The translations under genes were made by a program, and so were the position numbers. Positions 10,473 through 19,031 of a stretch of DNA of 64,000 nt are shown piece by piece. Each line of letters begins with the position of its first letter. Position 1 is the first letter of the stretch. Source of the stretch: Thermoanaerobaculia bacterium (lineage in GTDB: Bacteria; Acidobacteriota; Thermoanaerobaculia; Multivoradales; Multivoraceae); assembly GCA_963664405.1 (NCBI GenBank), contig OY761158.1, positions 1,568,001-1,632,000 on the forward strand, written 5' to 3'. Below the pieces are notes generated by a model that was not told the origin of the DNA, ran no database searches, and worked only from the letters and a program-made list of their open reading frames with translations.

Positions 10473-13310
10473 ATGTCGAAACGAATTTTCTTGCTCCACC
10501 TGGTGGCGTGGTGTGGCGTCAGCTTCCTCGCCACGACGCCCGTTCTCGCCCAATCGGCAACCTCGCTCACCGACGATTCCGTCGTCTCGCTCCGGGTACG
10601 CTTCGGCCTCACCGACACCGAACCGAGCTCGTGGGACGGAACTGTGGACGTCACCGGTGGCCAGGTGCTCGGCTTGCGCAACTGGAACCCACACCCCACG
10701 GAAGAGATCATCGGCACCACCGGCTGGGCGCTGGCGACGCGCCAGGGGTTGAACTACCCCCGCCGCGTCTATCAGTTCGAAGACCCGCTCGGCACGGTCG
10801 AGTTCGTCTATCACCCCGGCGTCGTCGTCGACGTGGCGACCCGATCGAGGACACGCCTCCAGTTCACCACCCCACGAGGAGAGTTCGAGGTGCGACCCAG
10901 CGATCTTCGCGTCGGCCGAGCGCTCTCTTTCCTCGATGGAGCGGTGTCGGTGGATCGAGTGACGCCCGCCGAGTCCTTGTCGACGCCGGAGTATGAGAGC
11001 GACTTCGCCACCATGGTGAGTGGCGAGAACGGCGAAGTCTGGGCCGCCTGGAACGCCTACCGCGACGGCGGCAATGTGATCTTCGCGCGGCGCTTCGACG
11101 GTGCGCGTTGGCAACCGGCCATCAAGGTCACAGAGAAGCCCGCCGACATCTACCTCCCGAAGATGGGGCGCGACAGTAAGGGGCGGGTATGGGTGGTGTG
11201 GTCGGAGCAGATCGAAGGCAACTTCGATCTCTACGGCCGCTATCGAGACGGCGACGCCTTCTCAGCGGTCGAGCGCCTCACCCGGGCACCGCAGTCGGAT
11301 GTGGAGCACACTCTGGTCAGCGACTCGCAGGGCAACATGTGGCTGGTCTGGCAGGGTTTCCGCAACGGAAGATCCGACATTTTCGCCCGCCGTTACGATG
11401 GCTCGCGATGGTCTGCCGAAGAGAAAATCTCGACTTCCAAAGCCAATGACTGGAAGCCTGCGATCGCCGCCGACAGCAGTGGCCACGTCTACGTCGCCTG
11501 GGACACCTACGATCAGGGCAACTACGACGTCCTGATGCGCCGCTGGTCCGGCGACAGCTGGGGCGAGGTGGTCCCCATCGCCCAGACACCCAAGTTCGAG
11601 GCCCACGTCAGCCTCGCCTGCGACCGCGATGACCGACTGTGGGCGGCCTGGAACGAGAGCGGCTACCAGTGGGGCAAAGACTCGGGTTTCGAGATCTACA
11701 AAGAAGCCACCCGCCTCTACGAGTGGCGCAAGGTCGCAGTCGCGGTCTGGAACGGCGACCGCTGGCAGATTCCTCAGGCCGACATCAACGAGATGTTGGA
11801 GCGTGAGCTTCCGGAGTACATCCCCGGATTCAACGACCTGCCGGTGTTGCAGAGCGACGCGGAGAACCGCATGTGGCTCTTCTTCCGTCATCGCTCACAG
11901 CGCGCCCGCGACACCCCCGACTTCACACCCTCGCACCGCGCGGCGTGGCAGATCTACGGCACCGCCTTGGTAGGAGGGCAGTGGACGCGTCCGCTCCATC
12001 TACCCTTCAGCCGCAGCCGAAAGGACGTCCGCTGGGGGATCGCTTCAGACGGAGAGGGAAATCTCTTCGCATCGTGGCCGACCGACAACCGAGACTCCGA
12101 AGAGTGGTTATACGTGCACGAGCAAGTGTACGCGGGCCGACTTCCGGGCCTCACCGGCGCAGCGACACCGCCGGTGCTCACCGAGCCGATCGAGCGCGTT
12201 CACTCGACCTATGCTGTGCACCCCAACGAGGTCGAAGACCTCGCACGCATTCGCAACTACAAGATCGAGTCGGGTGGCAAAACCTACCGTATCTATCGCG
12301 GCGACACCCATCGACACACCGAGTTCTCGCACGACGGCAACAACGAAGGGTCGCTGCTCGAGACCTATCGTTACGCCATGGACGCCGCCGAGCTCGACTT
12401 CCTCGGGGTGAGCGAGCACAACAACCTGGGCGGGCAGGACAACGAGTACATCAACTGGCTGCTGCCCCAGATCGCCGACATCTTCCGCCTGGAGCCGACC
12501 TTTACTCCTATTTACACCTACGAGCGAAGCCTCAGCTACCCCAACGGCCATCGCAACATCCTAGCGGCGAAGCGCGGCATTCCCACTCTTCCTATGAGCG
12601 AGGCCGAACGGGCCGGCGAAGAAGGCGCAGCGAGGCTCTACGAGTATCTGAAACGCTACGACGCCATCGCGATCTCCCACACTTCGGCCACCGACATGGG
12701 AACCGACTGGCGTGACAACGACCCCGAGGTCGAGCCTCTGGTCGAGCTCTATCAGGGCGATCGCACCTCCGCCGAGTACGAAGGCGCACCCCGCGCCCCT
12801 ACCGCCGAGAAGCCGATCGGCCAGCAGGGCGGCTTCCAGCCCGCGGGCTTTGTCTGGAACGCGTGGGCGAAGGGCTACAAGATCGGCGTCCAGGCAAGCT
12901 CAGACCACATCTCGACCCACATCTCCTACGCGGCCACGATCGCAGAAGACCCGAGCCCCCAGGGGCTGTTGGACGCGATGCGCAAGCGACATTCTTACGG
13001 CGCGACCGACAACATCATTCTCGACTACCGGATGCGAGCCGACGGCCGCGAGTACATCCAGGGCGACATCGTCGGCGAGGCAAGCTCCTTCGAGCTTTCG
13101 ATCAACGTCATCGGCACCGCTCGCATCGAGCAGATCGACATCATCCGCGACCAGACCTTCGTCCACAACAGGCAGAACCTCGGTCAAGAGGTGAGCCTCT
13201 CGTTCGTCGACACTGACGTCTCGCCGGGCGAGCACTACTACTACGTTCGAGTGATCCAGAAGAACAAGGAGATGGCCTGGTCCTCGCCCATCTGGGTGAC
13301 GACTCGGTAG
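10473..13310 (+). CDS. Secreted beta-propeller plus PHP-like metallohydrolase (DUF3604/CehA-McbA-like)
   Basis: SD AGGAGG before ATG 10473; signal peptide; W-rich repeats; GDTHRHTEFSHDG, SEHN, GHRN, SSDH; C-terminal YYYVRV...AWSSPIWV. Confidence 0.75.
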   Translation: MSKRIFLLHLVAWCGVSFLATTPVLAQSATSLTDDSVVSLRVRFGLTDTEPSSWDGTVDVTGGQVLGLRNWNPHPTEEIIGTTGWALATRQGLNYPRRVYQFEDPLGTVEFVYHPGVVVDVATRSRTRLQFTTPRGEFEVRPSDLRVGRALSFLDGAVSVDRVTPAESLSTPEYESDFATMVSGENGEVWAAWNAYRDGGNVIFARRFDGARWQPAIKVTEKPADIYLPKMGRDSKGRVWVVWSEQIEGNFDLYGRYRDGDAFSAVERLTRAPQSDVEHTLVSDSQGNMWLVWQGFRNGRSDIFARRYDGSRWSAEEKISTSKANDWKPAIAADSSGHVYVAWDTYDQGNYDVLMRRWSGDSWGEVVPIAQTPKFEAHVSLACDRDDRLWAAWNESGYQWGKDSGFEIYKEATRLYEWRKVAVAVWNGDRWQIPQADINEMLERELPEYIPGFNDLPVLQSDAENRMWLFFRHRSQRARDTPDFTPSHRAAWQIYGTALVGGQWTRPLHLPFSRSRKDVRWGIASDGEGNLFASWPTDNRDSEEWLYVHEQVYAGRLPGLTGAATPPVLTEPIERVHSTYAVHPNEVEDLARIRNYKIESGGKTYRIYRGDTHRHTEFSHDGNNEGSLLETYRYAMDAAELDFLGVSEHNNLGGQDNEYINWLLPQIADIFRLEPTFTPIYTYERSLSYPNGHRNILAAKRGIPTLPMSEAERAGEEGAARLYEYLKRYDAIAISHTSATDMGTDWRDNDPEVEPLVELYQGDRTSAEYEGAPRAPTAEKPIGQQGGFQPAGFVWNAWAKGYKIGVQASSDHISTHISYAATIAEDPSPQGLLDAMRKRHSYGATDNIILDYRMRADGREYIQGDIVGEASSFELSINVIGTARIEQIDIIRDQTFVHNRQNLGQEVSLSFVDTDVSPGEHYYYVRVIQKNKEMAWSSPIWVTTR

Positions 13311-13358
13311 CGGGGAGGAGGGCCGAGCTCTAGGCCGAAGTGATGCCGAGGCTCGGCG

Positions 13359-14069
13359 TCACTTCAAACGCAACTTCTTGAGCAGGCCCTTCTTGGCCTC
13401 CTCCTTCTCTTCTTCGACCGCCTCGTCCACCGCTTCTTCGACCGCCGCCCGCATCGCCTGCTTGACCGCCCCGCCGATCTCGCTCAAAAGCTGAGAGAAG
13501 ACCTGGGAGGCGATCTCTTCGCCGGTGCCCTCGAGGTTGTTGAACACCATCTCCCGAATGTTGAGATCGATGGGCTCGTCGCGCTCTTCACTCGACAAGG
13601 TGGCGACCGCGGCCTCGATCTCGATACGGTCGATGCGCAGAGAGACCGGCTCGCCCTCCTCGTCGACCGCCTCGGACTCTTCAGGCGGTGCATCACTCGA
13701 AAGGCCGGAGAGCAGCTCGTCGAAATTGCTGGTCTCGCCCTTCGACTCGGCTCGGATCTGGGTGTCGGCAACTCGAATCAGACTAATGGCCCCCGCGTCG
13801 GCATCGAGAGAGAGGGTGAGCTCACCCAGGGCAAGGGCTGAGTTGCGACTGTAGCCTGGAGGGTTGGCGACCTCGAGCCCGCGAATCGTTCCGCGGCCCT
13901 CGGAGAGATGTAGCTCGACGGCGGCAACCGAAACGTCGACGCCGAGCATCTTGGTGCCGATGCTCTCGATCGCCGCCTTGGCGATCCCATCGAGATTCGA
14001 GCCCACGAACATGAGCAAGCCGACGATCACAACGACCACAACACCCAAGCCAATGAGCACCTTCTTCAT
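13359..14069 (-). CDS. AsmA-like/DUF748-like membrane-anchored protein
   Basis: MKKVLIGLGVVVVVIVGLL anchor and GLEVANPPGY motif. The first 14 aa of the track ORF derive mostly from the adjacent repeat element. Confidence 0.7.
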   Translation of the reverse strand: MKKVLIGLGVVVVVIVGLLMFVGSNLDGIAKAAIESIGTKMLGVDVSVAAVELHLSEGRGTIRGLEVANPPGYSRNSALALGELTLSLDADAGAISLIRVADTQIRAESKGETSNFDELLSGLSSDAPPEESEAVDEEGEPVSLRIDRIEIEAAVATLSSEERDEPIDLNIREMVFNNLEGTGEEIASQVFSQLLSEIGGAVKQAMRAAVEEAVDEAVEEEKEEAKKGLLKKLRLK

Positions 14070-14080
14070 CGAACGTCCCC

Positions 14081-14245
14081 CTAGACCAGCGTTTCCAAAG
14101 TTCGTGTACATAGGTCGAGGTCATTCTGTTCGCTGGCCAGGCGCGCCGACGCAGGCATATTGGGCAATATGTCGAGGAGGCGAAACGACGCCAGCGGACA
14201 GAAGGGGCCGAGATATGTGCGCGAACTTTGGAAACGCTGGTCTAG
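14081..14245. mobile_element. CTAG-bounded palindromic MITE-like element, copy 1 (165 bp)
   Basis: 24-bp perfect terminal inverted repeat CTAGACCAGCGTTTCCAAAGTTCG; near-identical copies at 41741, 46485 and 58599. Confidence 0.9.
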
Positions 14246-14361
14246 TATCGATCCGTGAACGTCGATCCTATCCTGGTGAGCGGTCTCGCTAGAGAGAGTA
14301 AGATGGCTCGGCCCGAAGACCGAGGTGAGTGCAAGGCTGACGATGAGAGGAGCTCGATTCG

Positions 14362-15054
14362 ATGAGTGAACGGCGACCGACCCCGGAGATGGTCGACGGG
14401 ATGCCCATCAGCTACCCCGCCGATTGGCGCACCATCCCGGAAGACAGGTGGCGCTCGATGCGCACGACGCCCGAGGCGTATGAGCGCATGCGAGAGCTTC
14501 GCATCGAGCGCGAGCGACGGACTCCGGCGGTGGGAGACCCGGCGCCCGATTTCGAGCTTCCGATGTTGGTCGAGGGCAGTCCGGATCGCAATCGGACAGT
14601 GCGTCTCTCCTCGCTGGTCGGCACACCCGTCGGGCTGGTCTTCGGCTCCTATACCTGACCGCCCTTCCGGGTCCAGTTGGGCCGGCTCAACGACATCTAC
14701 CGCAGCTACGGGGAAAAGATGAGCTTCTTCTGCGTGTACATCCAGGAGGCCCACCCCGAAGACGGTTGGCAGGTGGAGTGGAATCTCGATGAGGGCCTGA
14801 TCTACAACCAGCCCGTCACCCTCGAGGAACGAGGCGAGATCGCCAACACCTGTGTCTTGCGCCACTCCGTGGAGATGCCGGTTCTCCTCGATGAGATGGA
14901 CAACGAGGTCGACCGTCTTTACGCCGCGCTTCCCGAGCGGCTCTATGTCATCGATCGCGAAGGGCGGGTGGCGTGGAAGAGCATCATGGGCTCTGGCGGC
15001 TTCGACGCGGAGGCCTTCGCCGACGCGGTGAGGCTGGCCTACCGGCCAGGTTGA
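14362..15054 (+). CDS. Iodothyronine deiodinase-like selenoprotein (Sec at TGA 14656-14658)
   Basis: Track ORFs 14362-14658 and 14677-15054 are in one frame, separated only by TGA. Read-through gives APDFEL...LVFGSYT-U-PPFR, YIQEAHPEDGW and YAALPERLYVI, the conserved deiodinase motifs, with U at the catalytic Sec/Cys position. Confidence 0.9.
14667..14685 (+). promoter_or_regulatory. Putative bacterial SECIS hairpin
   Basis: CCGG(G)TCC-AGTT-GGGCCGG stem-loop starting 8 nt after the TGA, with a G in the apical loop. Confidence 0.55.
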
Positions 15055-15081
15055 GATCGGGGGATCGCGACTAGTCCCCGA

Positions 15082-15405
15082 TCACTTCCGACCCTTGCCT
15101 TTCTTCTTGTCGGCCTTGCGAAGCTCTTTCTCGATCTTCTTGAGGCTCTTCTTGGTCTGGACGTCCTCTGGAGGTCCCTTACCCTTGTTCTTGTCGGCCG
15201 TTCGCAGGGCCTTCTCGACCTCCTTGGCTGCCTTCTTCGCCTCTTTGTCTTTGGGCGGCCCCTTCGTCGCCGTCGCCGCTCCAAATCCTCCTGCGACCGA
15301 GTAGGTGACGGCCACGAGGCCGGAGGCCAGGCTCTCAACAGCCGCGAGGGGAGTGGCTGCAAGCACAGCGATAAGTAGTATCGGGAGCGAGCGGGCAGGA
15401 CTCAT
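15082..15405 (-). CDS. Small Lys-rich protein with N-terminal hydrophobic segment
   Basis: 107 aa; two internal repeats KGPP(K/E)D...KK..K..EK.LR.ADK.KGKG; SD GGAG upstream. Confidence 0.55.
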   Translation of the reverse strand: MSPARSLPILLIAVLAATPLAAVESLASGLVAVTYSVAGGFGAATATKGPPKDKEAKKAAKEVEKALRTADKNKGKGPPEDVQTKKSLKKIEKELRKADKKKGKGRK

Positions 15406-15512
15406 ATTCGGCTCCAGGAGTCTCTCAAAAAAATCGAAACTGGAGGGAATTCATTATAGCGGGCGACCCACCTCAGTGCCTCCACGTTCACGCCGACGGG
15501 CTCTTCGCCCGA

Positions 15513-16919
15513 CTATTCTGCGTTGGCAAGAGCCGTCTTGTACCCCGAGTAACGCGGCTGATCGATCGCGACCTGGTTGACCACGGTCGTCCTCAGATGG
15601 TCCGCCAGCCCGGGCTCGTCAAGCGGCATGGTTCCGTCGCGTAGGGCATGGACCAGTCGCCAGCGCAGCTCTTCGAGGTCGCCCGCGGCACCTAGGATCT
15701 TGCTCAAGCGTCCGCGCTCACCTTGGCCATGCGCCTCACCAACGGCGAGCTCGCGTAACACGATGTCGAGGGAGTTACCGGCCACGCGCGAGAGGAAGTT
15801 GATGCGCCCACTCGTCGCGTCCATCACCTCCCCGTGCAAGAAGTCGCGCACGCTCGAGACCAGCTCATCGGTGCGCGGCATGTCGAGGGTCGAGCTCAGC
15901 TCCAGTGGCTCGAGAAGCTCGAACGAGCCGGGGATGAGCAGGTTGACACAGTCGACCTGGCATTCCGAGGTGCGCCTGCCGATAGCCGGGCGCTCGACGC
16001 TGGGGTCGGGGCCGGTGCGGTAAATCTGAGCCATGCCGAGCGTTCCCACCGCCCACCAGAAAGAGCCGAAGACCTCCCAGAACTTGACTCGCTCGAGGTC
16101 GACCTCCTTTCCCGACACGCTCTCATAGCCGGCGAGGAGGTCCTCGTAGCTGCCGAAGCCGCCCACCGGGAGATCGCTGCGCCCGAAGCGCCAGGAGTTG
16201 GTGCAGATCCAGCCCAGGTCTCGCATCGGGTCGCCGATGTGGGCCGTCTCCCAGTCGAGGATCGCCACCACGCCTTGCGGACCGACCATGATGTTGCCGT
16301 TGCGGAAGTCGTTGTGGACAAGCGCCATCTCGGTCTCGGCCGGCAGATGATCTTCGAGCCATCTCGCCGCGTAGTCGATCATCGGTTGCGGCGTGCCGAA
16401 GGCCTTGTAGTTGTTCCAGGTCTGCTCGATGAACTCCTGCGGTGTCTGCCGGGTGAGGGTCGACTCGAGACCGTCAACATCGGGATCGATAGCGTGGATG
16501 CGGGCAAGGATCTCTCCGCATTGCCGGGCCAGAAGGGGGCGCGCTTTCGCCAGCTCCTCCGACCGAACGACACGAGCGCCCAGAGTCTCGCCGTCGAGCC
16601 ACTCCATCAGAAAGCCGTCACCCAGACCTTCCTCGGCATCGAGCAGATGCAGCACTCGCGGCTCCGGAACGCCCGCCTCGAGGGCCGCTCGCATCAACGC
16701 CGCCTCGCCTCGCAGGCCCGGCCGCCCGAGCGCATCGGGAGCCCCGCCTCCGGCCGCCCTACGCAGCGCCAGCCGGAGCTCGCCCTCGTCGGTGTCGACG
16801 ACGACACGGTAAGTCTCCTGACTGGCACCGCCCGAGAGGCGCTCGGCCTTGACCAGTTTGCGGAAGCCGCCGACGCACTCCGCCAGCACAGCTTCGAGCC
16901 GCGTGTCGAAATCACTCAC
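15513..16919 (-). CDS. Phosphotransferase family protein (APH/ACAD10-11-like) with C-terminal DUF6285-like domain
   Basis: LSGGASQET, LVHNDFRNGN, ILDWETAHIGDPMRDLGW, C-terminal AIDQPRY; start at GTG 16919. Confidence 0.85.
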   Translation of the reverse strand: MSDFDTRLEAVLAECVGGFRKLVKAERLSGGASQETYRVVVDTDEGELRLALRRAAGGGAPDALGRPGLRGEAALMRAALEAGVPEPRVLHLLDAEEGLGDGFLMEWLDGETLGARVVRSEELAKARPLLARQCGEILARIHAIDPDVDGLESTLTRQTPQEFIEQTWNNYKAFGTPQPMIDYAARWLEDHLPAETEMALVHNDFRNGNIMVGPQGVVAILDWETAHIGDPMRDLGWICTNSWRFGRSDLPVGGFGSYEDLLAGYESVSGKEVDLERVKFWEVFGSFWWAVGTLGMAQIYRTGPDPSVERPAIGRRTSECQVDCVNLLIPGSFELLEPLELSSTLDMPRTDELVSSVRDFLHGEVMDATSGRINFLSRVAGNSLDIVLRELAVGEAHGQGERGRLSKILGAAGDLEELRWRLVHALRDGTMPLDEPGLADHLRTTVVNQVAIDQPRYSGYKTALANAE

Positions 16920-17038
16920 AGGCAGACCCTCACGACAGCGGGAGAATAACCCGTTCACGGATCGGAGTCGAAGCTTGGCCAGAGGCCGCAAGAGCACATA
17001 GAGTGGTGCTTCTCAGTTATCCGTGAAAGGAGCGAACG

Positions 17039-17512
17039 ATGTCAGACACACTCCAGGCCGCCCACGATCTTCTGCAAACCCATATCGGCAAAGAGCAGCC
17101 GCCCTCCGACTGGTTCACCGTCACCCAGGACCGTATCGACCAGTTCGCCGATGTCACCATGGACCACCAGTGGATCCACGTCGACCCGGAGCGGTCGAGC
17201 GCCGGGCCATTCGGAACGACGATCGCCCACGGGCACCTCACTCTTTCGCTCTTGGGTCACCTCCCGCGCTCGAGTGACGACACCGGTCTTCCTGCGCTCG
17301 AGGGCCAGAAGATGGGCATCAACTACGGCTTCGATCGGGTCCGATTTCCCTCGCCGGTGAAGGTCGGATCGCGCATTCGAACTCGAAGAACGCTACGGCG
17401 CGTCGAGATTAAGGGCGGCATGATCGAAGCGATGCACGAAGTCGTGATGGAAGTCGAGGGACAGGAGAAACCTGCGTGTGTCGCCGAGAGCCTCGGGCGG
17501 ATGGTGTTCTAG
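17039..17512 (+). CDS. MaoC-family dehydratase
   Basis: FADVTMDHQWIHVDPE, GPFGTTIAHGHLTLSL, NYGFDRVRFPSPV. Confidence 0.9.
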   Translation: MSDTLQAAHDLLQTHIGKEQPPSDWFTVTQDRIDQFADVTMDHQWIHVDPERSSAGPFGTTIAHGHLTLSLLGHLPRSSDDTGLPALEGQKMGINYGFDRVRFPSPVKVGSRIRTRRTLRRVEIKGGMIEAMHEVVMEVEGQEKPACVAESLGRMVF

Positions 17513-17565
17513 AGCCGCCCCCGAACGACCCCCCGACTTCGAACGGCGCAGTGAGCGCGCTATCC

Positions 17566-17610
17566 TCCCTGTCGGAGTGGCTACCGGAAGGGTTCGAGGG
17601 GCCAGCGTAG
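17566..17610 (+). pseudogene. Orphan 3' tail of a sulfatase paralogue
   Basis: Reads SLSEWLPEGFEGPA*, versus SLREWLPEGFEEPA* at the end of the sulfatase 31880-33349; the nucleotide sequences are clearly similar. Confidence 0.75.
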
Positions 17611-17647
17611 CCCGGGCGCGACGATCGCAAACTGCTAGCATCGCGAG

Positions 17648-17992
17648 GTGATCCCCGCCCCATCGAAGGTGTCACCCGCTATCGCCGACGTGGCGAAGGA
17701 GTTCTGCGAGCGGCTACGAGCTGAGCTTGGTGTGAACGTGCTTCGAGTGCGCCTCTTCGGTTCGTTCGTGCGTGGGGGAGCCAACGAAGACTCCGACATC
17801 GATATCGCCGTGGTGCTTCGGACCCTGGACTGGGCTACTCGGGGGCGCGTTATCGACATCGCTACCGACGTCGGTCTCGCCCACGACGCACTTCTCTCAC
17901 CGACACTCTTCGATCGACAAACGTACGAGCGATGGCGCGACCAGGATCGACCCCTTGTACGAGACATCGAGCGCGAAGGGGTCGAGGTTTGA
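17648..17992 (+). CDS. Minimal nucleotidyltransferase (MNT), antitoxin-like
   Basis: LFGSFVRGGANEDSDIDIAVV motif. Confidence 0.9.
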   Translation: MIPAPSKVSPAIADVAKEFCERLRAELGVNVLRVRLFGSFVRGGANEDSDIDIAVVLRTLDWATRGRVIDIATDVGLAHDALLSPTLFDRQTYERWRDQDRPLVRDIEREGVEV

Positions 17993-18378
17993 CCGGAGAG
18001 GGTCGGCAGGAGGCAGCGAACGCAGAGCTCGATCTCGCCGATGAGGAGCTTCGGGCCTGCCGCCAGCTGCTGGCTAGCGGTCTCGCCAGAGTAGCGCTGA
18101 CACGAGCCTACTTCGCTGTCTTTCACGCGGTCAGGGCTCGCCTGTATTCCGAGGGTCTCGAGCCGAGATCGCATATCGGAGCGCAGCGTCTCTTCAACCT
18201 ACACTTCGTGAAAACAGGCGCCTACGAACCGGCGACGTCGCGACTCCTCGCTCGACTCCAGAAGTTCCGCGAAGAAGCCGACTATGCCCAAGCTTTCGTC
18301 GTCGACGACGAAGGCGCCGGCGAAGAGATCGCGGCAGCCGAGCTGTTTGTGGCTCGGGTGCGTGAAGACCTCAGCTAG
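17989..18378 (+). CDS. HEPN-domain protein (MNT-HEPN pair)
   Basis: TTG start overlaps the MNT stop; RAYFAVFHAVRA, SHIGA...FNLHFVKTG, REEADY. Confidence 0.85.
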   Translation: MTGEGRQEAANAELDLADEELRACRQLLASGLARVALTRAYFAVFHAVRARLYSEGLEPRSHIGAQRLFNLHFVKTGAYEPATSRLLARLQKFREEADYAQAFVVDDEGAGEEIAAAELFVARVREDLS

Positions 18379-18499
18379 TAGACCTATTCCAGCACTCTTT
18401 AGGAAGGGCATAGGCGACCAGCGGTGCTACCGCCGCCGAGCCGAGTATTCGGAGCGCGGCGCGACGGTCGAGACCGCCTTCGCCGTCAGAGTCAGACAC
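18371..18499 (-). pseudogene. N-terminal fragment of a Tat-exported protein
   Basis: GTG start overlapping the upstream stop; GLDRRAALRILGSAAVAPLVAYA is a twin-arginine signal. The ORF ends after about 42 aa at the HEPN gene. Confidence 0.5.
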
Positions 18500-18961
18500 T
18501 GACAGTCTGGTCCACGAAGGCCTCACGCACGTTGCCCATGGCTTGCTCGGCCTCCGCGACGATATCGAGAACAATCTGCCCAGCCGGCTTGACCGCATGA
18601 ATCAGCCCCGAGCCCGTCCCCGCGGCGTAGCTGCCCTTGGTGCCATCCACATCGTCCGGAATTCGCATCGATCCCACTCTCTGGACCGCCATGATCTCCA
18701 TCGGCTTCTTCCCCGGCTCGTCGTGCGAATCCAGCTCGGCGAAGAAGTCGTTCCTCACCAAGGCCTGTCGGTGAGCTCCACCAACTTGACCATCTGCTCA
18801 CGCGAGCCTTCCAGCCCGAAGGTTGCACTCGACAGGGTTCCGAGTCCTCCGGCGTTCGAGACCGCCGCGGTGAGCCGTGAATCGCTCTGACCCATCATGC
18901 CGCCAAGAATGATCGGGTGCTCGATACCGAGAACTTCGCAAATCGGGGTTCGTATGGACAT
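18492..18961 (-). pseudogene. Nitronate monooxygenase/FabK-like gene with large internal deletion
   Basis: N-terminus (IEHPIILGGM...LTAAVSNAGGLGTL...LTDRP) is joined out of frame to the C-terminus (AGTGSGLIHAVKPAGQIV..IVAEA); the central part is absent. Confidence 0.8.
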
Positions 18962-19031
18962 CGTGTTGCTCCAACAGGCGTTGAGTTGATCGTTCAGAGC
19001 GGCAGGGTCGGCTTCGGCCCGGCGTAAAGGG

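Noticed and set aside
17560-17625. tRNA-like look (GGAGTGG...GGTTCGAG)
   Set aside because: No cloverleaf or CCA end; better explained as the 3' tail of a sulfatase paralogue.
18755-18757. TGA in the nitronate monooxygenase gene as a third Sec codon
   Set aside because: The downstream homologous sequence is in another frame and the middle of the gene is missing; it is a deletion junction.
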